Positions 34,891 through 40,595 of a stretch of DNA of 40,595 nucleotides are shown here, one piece after another (the first letter of the stretch is position 1; every line of letters starts with the position of its first letter). The DNA is from a virus (taxonomy: Duplodnaviria > Caudoviricetes), in IMG/VR virus record IMGVR_UViG_3300049483_000094, positions 1 to 40,595 of that record. One strand, written 5' to 3'. The position numbers were made by a program, and so were the translations under genes. The notes under the pieces were generated by a model. That model did no database searches, was not told the DNA's origin, and saw only the letters and a list, made by a program, of their open reading frames with translations.

Positions 34891-36022
34891 CTTTCCTCCG
34901 TGACGGCAATTTGCTTATCGCGCTATCCAAAACGGCGTGGTGTGGTGTGGTGTGGTGTGGTTCTGAACTCAAACCACGCCCGTTTTCCGCTTCTGCCCCT
35001 TCCAGCAGGGGGGTCAGTTGCAACTTCTCAATAACCGTTGTGTGGCTTACAGTTGGCCTGTTGGCGCTATCCAGATAACCCAATCCGCGCAACGTTTCGG
35101 TGATCTTGCGCCATTGCGGATCGCTGATACCAGTCCCGCCAAACGGCTCGCGGCCTTTGGTGGTGGTCCAGGCAGCCGACGCCGTACCGCGCTTCGGCCA
35201 GCCGTTCACGAACGTCGTCAGCGCCTCAACTTCGACGGCGGTGTACTCACGCGAGCCGATAAAGCGCGCCGAGCCGTGATTGGCCGGGACGATGCGGATG
35301 TCAGCGGGCTTGTTGCGCAGTTGGTCATTCTCGACGGTCAATGCTTGCGCGGTCTGCTCGGCCAGCGCAGCACGATCTTCCAGCGCGTTCACATCGATGC
35401 CGCGCTCCATCTCCCACTGATGCTGTAATTCCAACACTTCCAGCGCGTGTGCGTTGTTGATCTTGGCAATGGCGGCCTGATCAGAATTGATCTCGGCTTG
35501 CATGATCAACTCCTGCCGCCATGACTGTTTGAGAATGTTGAACGCGGGCCACGACGTGAGCGCGATCACGGTCGCCATGATGGGTACAATCTGTGTGGTC
35601 ATCAGCACATAGACGACGGTGTTATTGAACAGCACATTAAACATGATCGTCGCCGTCATCACCACTGCGACATTGAAGCCGGGTGACAGGCTGATCGCCT
35701 CATAGTTGAACGGGCGACCGAGCAGCCATTGAGCGCGCTCATGCGAGATAATGACCCCAAACACGAACGGCGCAAACAACCACACTGCCGCTGACAACAA
35801 CGTCGCCACGGCACTATTGCGCGGGCCTTCCCATGCCAACGACTGTGACCAAGCATAAGCCCATGACGTGAGCGCACCCAATGACGCGACGATCTGCCAG
35901 ATGGACGCAAGCCATAAGCCAACGCCCTGTAGAAATGGGCGCTCGATGTCCTCCCACTTGCCGCTGGTGGATACCTTACGCTGCTCTTGCTCTGGCCTGA
36001 GTCCAAACATTATCCGCCCCAC
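34883..36022 (-). CDS. Polytopic membrane protein with coiled coil and C-terminal winged-helix-like domain
   Basis: About four hydrophobic helices, a heptad region, then GISDPQWRKITETLRGLGYLD. Confidence 0.7.
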   Translation of the reverse strand: MGRIMFGLRPEQEQRKVSTSGKWEDIERPFLQGVGLWLASIWQIVASLGALTSWAYAWSQSLAWEGPRNSAVATLLSAAVWLFAPFVFGVIISHERAQWLLGRPFNYEAISLSPGFNVAVVMTATIMFNVLFNNTVVYVLMTTQIVPIMATVIALTSWPAFNILKQSWRQELIMQAEINSDQAAIAKINNAHALEVLELQHQWEMERGIDVNALEDRAALAEQTAQALTVENDQLRNKPADIRIVPANHGSARFIGSREYTAVEVEALTTFVNGWPKRGTASAAWTTTKGREPFGGTGISDPQWRKITETLRGLGYLDSANRPTVSHTTVIEKLQLTPLLEGAEAENGRGLSSEPHHTTPHHAVLDSAISKLPSRRKDA

Positions 36023-36216
36023 GCTCCCGCTTGCGCCTCATGCCACGCCGCCGCATCGAAGCCCGCCGGCACTTCGTCACGCGCGGCAAACATCGCGGCG
36101 CGGCGCTCTTCGACTGTCATATACATGCCTGGTCCCTCAACGCCGGGCGGCCACGGCGCGGCTGTGCCGGTCAGGTTCACGTCGTCAAGCAGTGAGTCAT
36201 CAAAACGGGATGTCAT
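36010..36216 (-). CDS. Hypothetical protein
   Basis: 68-aa ORF coupled to both neighbours. Confidence 0.55.
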   Translation of the reverse strand: MTSRFDDSLLDDVNLTGTAAPWPPGVEGPGMYMTVEERRAAMFAARDEVPAGFDAAAWHEAQAGAWGG

Positions 36217-36566
36217 CAGAACGGGATAGCCTCGCCGCCGCTGCGCTCAAATACAAACTTGTCAATGCTTTCCAGAAATTCAATCGCCTCGTCGATGTCA
36301 GTCACGAAGCATGCGAAGCCGCCCGCTTCATGGACATCACTGGCGAATTTGATCTGTGCCGGTCGCGCCTTGTCTCGGCCAGTCTTTGTCTCGATGCTGA
36401 TCAGCAGACCGTGATAGACGCCCAGCACGTCGCCGCTGCCGACCCTGCTGAACTGCACCATGCGCCCGTTGCGGTAGACGCTGCCGACATTGTTGCGCCA
36501 CGCGAAGCCGCCGCGATAGTTGCACAGGTCAATCACCTGACGATTGAGATCATTAGTCTCGCTCAT
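36216..36566 (-). CDS. VRR-NUC domain nuclease (Holliday-junction-resolvase-like)
   Basis: WRNNVG...GSGDVLG...IETKTG...RPAQIKF...GG. Confidence 0.85.
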   Translation of the reverse strand: MSETNDLNRQVIDLCNYRGGFAWRNNVGSVYRNGRMVQFSRVGSGDVLGVYHGLLISIETKTGRDKARPAQIKFASDVHEAGGFACFVTDIDEAIEFLESIDKFVFERSGGEAIPF

Positions 36567-36784
36567 TTCATCGCCTCCATCGCCTCACGTAGCACATTTA
36601 GCAAACGCATCGCAATCTCTTCGCTAACGCCACGCACTAGCCAGCGGTCAACCAGCAGATCAGTACATGACGAATCGTCAATCAGCATCACCACGCCGAA
36701 TGATTGCCAGTCGCGCACCAGACACGGGCGCGGCTGCGCGGTGATGTGCTGCCTGTATCTACGCTGGTTATCTAGTTGTGCCAT
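36563..36784 (-). CDS. 73-aa hypothetical protein
   Basis: GGAG RBS before ATG 36784 (MAQLDNQ...). Confidence 0.55.
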   Translation of the reverse strand: MAQLDNQRRYRQHITAQPRPCLVRDWQSFGVVMLIDDSSCTDLLVDRWLVRGVSEEIAMRLLNVLREAMEAMK

Positions 36785-36798
36785 GTGCTCCAATGTTT

Positions 36799-36897
36799 GC
36801 GGCGGGCGTCGCCCTGTTCGCCCGCCGCCGTCCACCGCTGGACACTCATCGTGCGCGCTATGATTCAGGGAATCGCGACTACACACTTAGCATACCA
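36799..36897 (-). promoter_or_regulatory. Extended -10 promoter followed by a three-hairpin leader
   Basis: TGgTATGCT (36897-36889); hairpins at 36862-36874, 36830-36843 and 36799-36828; CCCTG/CAGGG complementarity between the first and last. Confidence 0.45.
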
Positions 36898-36927
36898 CGG
36901 ACTTTTGCGTTTGAAACATGAGAATAC

Positions 36928-37068
36928 TTAAAACTTCTTCGTCGCGTCGTACACCGCCAGCAGCAGCGCCGCAAAATATTCGCGATCATCAGGCTCAGGC
37001 TTGCCGCGCAGCGTGGCGACGAGGTGACCGGCGTCGATGATCAGCGTGACGGGATAATCATCACTCAT
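36928..37068 (-). CDS. 46-aa hypothetical protein
   Basis: Manual translation MSDDYPVTLIIDAGHLVATLRGKPEPDDREYFAALLLAVYDATKKF; ATGA overlap. Confidence 0.55.
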   Translation of the reverse strand: MSDDYPVTLIIDAGHLVATLRGKPEPDDREYFAALLLAVYDATKKF

Positions 37069-37241
37069 ATCAGCCGCCCTTGCTGCTCGCGCTGGGCAAG
37101 CCGGTCAAGATCGGCCTGCAAATTGGCCCGCGTCTTGACGGCCCTGTCGCGTGCGTTCTGTGGCGTTGACGTTGATTCGATAAAGCGCGTCAGTGTGTCA
37201 ATGGTTCGGCGGAGCGTGTCAACTATTTGTTGGTTAGTCAT
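37065..37241 (-). CDS. 58-aa helical hypothetical protein
   Basis: Manual translation MTNQQIVDTLRRTIDTLTRFIES...; ATGA overlap with the dnaB stop. Confidence 0.6.
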   Translation of the reverse strand: MTNQQIVDTLRRTIDTLTRFIESTSTPQNARDRAVKTRANLQADLDRLAQREQQGRLI

Positions 37242-38563
37242 GCGAAAACCGTCCTTGTCTCGGCGGGCACGAAGTCATAGAATACGCCATTGAATATAAA
37301 CTTAACGGGCTGGCTGATGTCACCGTCACGCAATTTGAGCGGCCAAACTTCCACTATATTCGCGGCCTGCTGCTCGCCTTTGATATCGCGGTACATGCCC
37401 AGCACGTTATCGGCGTTCTGTTCAATCTCGCCGGTGTCGCGCAAGTCTGAAAGTTGCGGGCGCTTGTCGCCGCGTGTCTCATTGGCTCGGTTCATGTGCG
37501 CGATGCAGACGACCGGCGTCAGGTAGTCGTTCGCTATGATCTTCAAGTTGCGGCTGATGCGCCCGATACGCTTGACATCGTTCTCGCCGTTGTAGGCGTG
37601 CGGTTCAAGCATGATATTCAGATTGTCAATGATGACCAGATCGGGCCGCAGCCGGTCAACCTCGGCGGCGATCATCGCACTGGTGACGTGGTTGTCATCG
37701 TTGATGATGATCGGCAGTTCGGCAATGTTGCCGAGTTCGGCCATGACGCGCCCAAGTTCATCGCCGGTCGCGCAGCCTCGATCAATGCGCTTGAAGTCCA
37801 CTTTAGCGCGGCGGCTCGCCATGCGCCTGAGTACCCGCTTGGCCCGCATCTCCAACGAGTACAACAGCACGCGCTTCCCTTGCTCGGCCAGCACGTCCGC
37901 GCTCTGCAAGACCAGCGCCGTCTTGCCGATACCAGGCCGCGCCGTGATGACGGTCAGATCGTCGGTTTGCAAGCCGCCCGTCAACTTGTCGAGCCGTTCA
38001 ATGCCCAGCGAGAATCCGCGTACCTGTCCCTCGCCAATCGGATGATCGGCGTAGTATTCCACGTCATCCAGCAGCGACTTCGCCGCGTTGCTGATCGGCT
38101 CTGAGCGACCACTGATCGGCACGACCGAGCGCATGGCTTCATAAGCATGACTGATCTTCTCGTTCGTCGGCTTGTCGCTGTAGGCGTCCTGCGCGATGTC
38201 ACTGGCGAGTTTGAGCAGTTGCCTATCTGTTGATTTAGCCTTGACGATCTCGGCATAGCCTTGCGCGTGCAGCGCAGTCGGGACGCTAGTCAATAGCTTT
38301 GACAGATAAACCGCGCCGCCTAACTCGTCAAGTTTGCCAGAGGCCTCGATCATCTTGCGAACGGTGATAATGTCAATCGGCTGGCGATTACTGGCAAGTT
38401 GCAAGATAGCATCCCATACCCACTGGTGCTGCGTGGCGTAAAAGTCGCCGGTCGTCAGCGAAGCCTTCAAGATGTTAATGGCGTTCGGGTCGATGAAGCA
38501 CGAGCCGATAACGGCGCGCTCAGCCATGTCGTCATGCGGTGGTTGCGTGTCTATTCCAGCCAT
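37238..38563 (-). CDS. dnaB: Replicative DNA helicase
   Basis: PPHDDMAERAVIG N-domain; ARPGIGKT; YSLEM; VIIDNL; RPQLSDLRDTGEIEQNADNV. Confidence 0.95.
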   Translation of the reverse strand: MAGIDTQPPHDDMAERAVIGSCFIDPNAINILKASLTTGDFYATQHQWVWDAILQLASNRQPIDIITVRKMIEASGKLDELGGAVYLSKLLTSVPTALHAQGYAEIVKAKSTDRQLLKLASDIAQDAYSDKPTNEKISHAYEAMRSVVPISGRSEPISNAAKSLLDDVEYYADHPIGEGQVRGFSLGIERLDKLTGGLQTDDLTVITARPGIGKTALVLQSADVLAEQGKRVLLYSLEMRAKRVLRRMASRRAKVDFKRIDRGCATGDELGRVMAELGNIAELPIIINDDNHVTSAMIAAEVDRLRPDLVIIDNLNIMLEPHAYNGENDVKRIGRISRNLKIIANDYLTPVVCIAHMNRANETRGDKRPQLSDLRDTGEIEQNADNVLGMYRDIKGEQQAANIVEVWPLKLRDGDISQPVKFIFNGVFYDFVPAETRTVFA

Positions 38564-39321
38564 TTGATTTCCTTCTTCTCGGCGTGCTGGCCGTTGCCGT
38601 TTGATTCTTTACTGTACTTCCCCCACTCGTCTCTGACTTGCTTGACGGTCGGAGGTTGGCCTTGTTTTCCACGCCAGTCGAGCGCGTACCAGTTGCGCTC
38701 AAACAGGTCTAGAGTCTCTAATGCAGCACCACCTTTGATGAGTGCTCTGCCACAATCTGACACGTTCTTGCGCATCGCCATGCTTGCAGTATAAGAATCA
38801 ATCTTGCAAACAGTTGCGATCTTGTCTATCCACTCTTTAGGGCAGGTGTCTTTAGACTTTGAGGGGGAGCGCGGCTTGCCCGCGTGTTTTGTTTGTTCTG
38901 TTTGTTCTGTTCTGTTATGTAGCCCCACACGTGCTCGTTGTGTGTTTTGCACGTGCAATGAACGCGCCTCTCTCATTCTTTCTTTGTTCGTCTCACGTCT
39001 CTCTAACAACTTTCCACCGTAGTCGTACCAATCGTGAATCGTGCGTGAATCGTCGGTGACATCTATCAGTCCGCCGTGTCCATTGAAGCCACATTCGATC
39101 AACGCCTGCGCGAATGCGCCGCGCTCGCCTTGCCAGTCTACGGCGGCTTCTATGTCATCGTCTGAGTAGTTTGTTAGATCACCATCAGGCGCATAATCTA
39201 ACGCCCACCACCACAGGCAATGCAGCCGCCCGATCATCTCAAATTCATTGACACCGGCCATGCGTGCGGCCTTCTTGACCTTTGGGTGATTCCTTAACGA
39301 TTGGTGTGATTCAATCCACAT
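38551..39321 (-). CDS. Phage replication initiator
   Basis: ATG 39321 with AAGGAG; WIESHQSLRNHPK...GRLHCLWWWALDYAPDGDL...IHDWYDY...ERMREAR; repetitive linker; adjacent to dnaB. Confidence 0.8.
   Translation of the reverse strand: MWIESHQSLRNHPKVKKAARMAGVNEFEMIGRLHCLWWWALDYAPDGDLTNYSDDDIEAAVDWQGERGAFAQALIECGFNGHGGLIDVTDDSRTIHDWYDYGGKLLERRETNKERMREARSLHVQNTQRARVGLHNRTEQTEQTKHAGKPRSPSKSKDTCPKEWIDKIATVCKIDSYTASMAMRKNVSDCGRALIKGGAALETLDLFERNWYALDWRGKQGQPPTVKQVRDEWGKYSKESNGNGQHAEKKEIKWLE
38884..38970. repeat. Strand-asymmetric TGTT(C/T) repeats plus two CACGTG palindromes inside the initiator gene; candidate origin
   Basis: gtgttttgtttgttctgtttgttctgttctgtt, then cacacgtgc and tgcacgtgca; lambdoid origins lie inside the initiator linker. 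Confidence 0.4.
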
Positions 39322-39339
39322 TGACTGCTCCTTAGAATG

Positions 39340-39492
39340 CAAAAGCCCCTTGTGATCTTTGACTGCAACTTGGCGGCTTGGCGAGCCATCTCCGAGTGAG
39401 GGAGAGAGATAACCAAGTCGCAGTCAAAACCCACAAAGGGCTTATCATGCGTCCTCACTCTGATTGTGTGTGCGCGAGTGCCAATCGCGCCT
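39340..39492 (-). ncRNA. C4-antisense-like structured RNA leader before the replication operon
   Basis: Long stem 39343-39373 with 39413-39443; its two inner hairpin loops complement upstream sites (39394-39401 vs 39453-39460; 39378-39382 vs 39480-39484); U-run after the stem. Confidence 0.65.
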
Positions 39493-39499
39493 CATGAAT

Positions 39500-39529
39500 A
39501 CTATAGCACATTTCGCGCTGCTGAGTCAA
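39500..39529 (-). promoter_or_regulatory. sigma70-type promoter of the replication operon
   Basis: TTGACT, 18 bp ending TGC, TATAGT. Confidence 0.65.
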
Positions 39530-39539
39530 TACCCAAATT

Positions 39540-39686
39540 TCAGCACGTCCAGCCGAGCCGCGCCATGAGGCGCCGCGCCCAGGCCATGAAGCCGCGGCAG
39601 GTGCAGCCCGGCGCGGTACACCTGCCAATGCCGAGCGCGTGCTGTTCGTTGGTGTGCGGGCATTGCTTGCACTTGTCGCCTTGCAT
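39540..39686 (-). CDS. 48-aa Cys/His-rich Zn-binding protein
   Basis: MQGDKCKQCPHTNEQH...CTAPGCTCRGF; GGAG upstream. Confidence 0.65.
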   Translation of the reverse strand: MQGDKCKQCPHTNEQHALGIGRCTAPGCTCRGFMAWARRLMARLGWTC

Positions 39687-39687
39687 G

Positions 39688-39900
39688 TTAGTCCAACTCC
39701 AGTGAGACGGTGACGTGGAACGGTCTACTTGGCGTTGCGTCCTTGATCTGTTTGAAGAATTCGGCTCCGAACATATCCGATACCGCGTCACAGTGCATTG
39801 ATGTCCAGATGGCGAGTCCCGTTGAAATGGTGTACTTAACGCCGAGGTGGTACATATCAGAATCGAGTGAATCTTTCCACATCCAAAAATCGCCTTGCAT
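39688..39900 (-). CDS. 70-aa hypothetical protein
   Basis: TAAGGAG RBS before ATG 39900 (MQGDFW...). Confidence 0.65.
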   Translation of the reverse strand: MQGDFWMWKDSLDSDMYHLGVKYTISTGLAIWTSMHCDAVSDMFGAEFFKQIKDATPSRPFHVTVSLELD

Positions 39901-39916
39901 GTTAGTCTCCTTATCT

Positions 39917-40246
39917 CTACTCGTGCATATCGAGCGGGTAACGAATCCCGACATTTTGATTGACGACAGGCCGCGCCCTGTCCTGTACTTCTGTCTGCCA
40001 CGCCAGAATAACTTCCGCGATCTCTTCTGGCGTGTCATTCAAATTAAAGTTGCCGCACGCCTCAAGCCTGACTTTGTACTCGTCGCGCTCGCGTTCTGCG
40101 TCACGTAGTTTTGATCTCAACTCTGCGTTGTAGTCTTCGAGGCGGCAGATCGTGTCGTCTTGAAGATCGATCATCACCTCGTTAATCCGATCCATAGCGC
40201 GTGCGTGTATTGCTGTTAGTCGCTCGTCCTGTCCTGCGTCCATCAT
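39917..40246 (-). CDS. Hypothetical coiled-coil protein
   Basis: 109 aa; GAGG RBS; overlaps the upstream stop. Confidence 0.65.
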   Translation of the reverse strand: MMDAGQDERLTAIHARAMDRINEVMIDLQDDTICRLEDYNAELRSKLRDAERERDEYKVRLEACGNFNLNDTPEEIAEVILAWQTEVQDRARPVVNQNVGIRYPLDMHE

Positions 40247-40595
40247 AACGCCTCAATCATTTCGATCAGATGATTGATTTGCGCGGCCCGTGCGGCGTCC
40301 CGTGCGACGTCCCATGCGGCGTCCCATGCGACGTCCCATGCGGCGTCCCATTCGACGTCCCATGCGGCGGACCATGCGGCGGCCCATGCGGCGTCCCGTG
40401 CGGCGGCCCATGCGGCGTACCGTGCGGCGTCCCGTGCGGCGTCCCGTGCGGCGGACCATGCGGCGTCCCGTGCGGCGTCCCGCATTGATTCATCACCTGT
40501 CTCTAAATAATCCTTAACAACCTGCGGGGCGGACCGTGCGGCGGACCATGCGGCGGCCCATGCGGCGGACCATGCGGCGGCCCATGCGGCGTCCC
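40243..40595 (-). CDS. 3' part of the Ala/Trp/Arg repeat protein that starts at 507
   Basis: In frame with 1-507 once the 53-nt overlap is removed; ends ...DAARAAQINHLIEMIEAL. Confidence 0.8.
   Translation of the reverse strand, partial: DAAWAAAWSAAWAAAWSAARSAPQVVKDYLETGDESMRDAARDAAWSAARDAARDAARYAAWAAARDAAWAAAWSAAWDVEWDAAWDVAWDAAWDVARDAARAAQINHLIEMIEAL

Noticed and set aside
35868-36863. 331-aa plus-strand ORF
   Set aside because: Lies opposite four coupled minus-strand genes including VRR-NUC; no recognisable motifs
40253-40517. Several alternative-frame ORFs (MGRR, PHGT, VPCG, MRRP repeats)
   Set aside because: They are shadows of the stop-free 12-bp repeat; only the AAW/AAR frame connects to an RBS-led gene
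40543-40595. Biological direct terminal repeat of the virion DNA
   Set aside because: It lies mid-gene inside a tandem repeat and is better explained as an assembler overlap

Overview
Apparently complete genome of a long-tailed (siphovirus-type) dsDNA phage. The first and last 53 nt are identical and one gene reads in frame across that join, so this is most likely a circular assembly. Minus-strand early and replication genes occupy about 34.1-40.6 kb and 1-2.9 kb: replication initiator, DnaB, VRR-NUC nuclease, RecT-like annealase, HTH/Zn proteins and an Ala/Trp-repeat protein. The plus strand (3.2-34.1 kb) carries an LmbU-MTase plus PD-(D/E)XK pair, a non-canonical lysis region (membrane proteins, a tandem glycoside hydrolase, a C39-like peptidase), a ParB-MTase, terminases, portal, MuF, scaffold and capsid. 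It continues with a GT4/methyltransferase/GT2/exported-GH5 glycan block, then head-tail joining genes, tail tube, frameshifted tail chaperone, tape measure and tail-tip genes. I recognised no integrase, CI-type repressor, tRNA, CRISPR array or reverse transcriptase. A GC-rich monoderm host such as Chloroflexota is my inference only. The most unusual signals are: (1) a glycan build-and-cut module inside the virion operon behind its own anti-SD RNA leader; (2) lysis with no recognisable peptidoglycan hydrolase; (3) two late-promoter candidates with TTGAC(A/T) only 7 bp from the -10 box; (4) several structured leaders whose loops pair with nearby targets, one of them C4-antisense-like; (5) a terminase with Asn at both Mg-coordinating Walker positions. 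All protein calls come from motifs and gene order read by eye, not from database searches.
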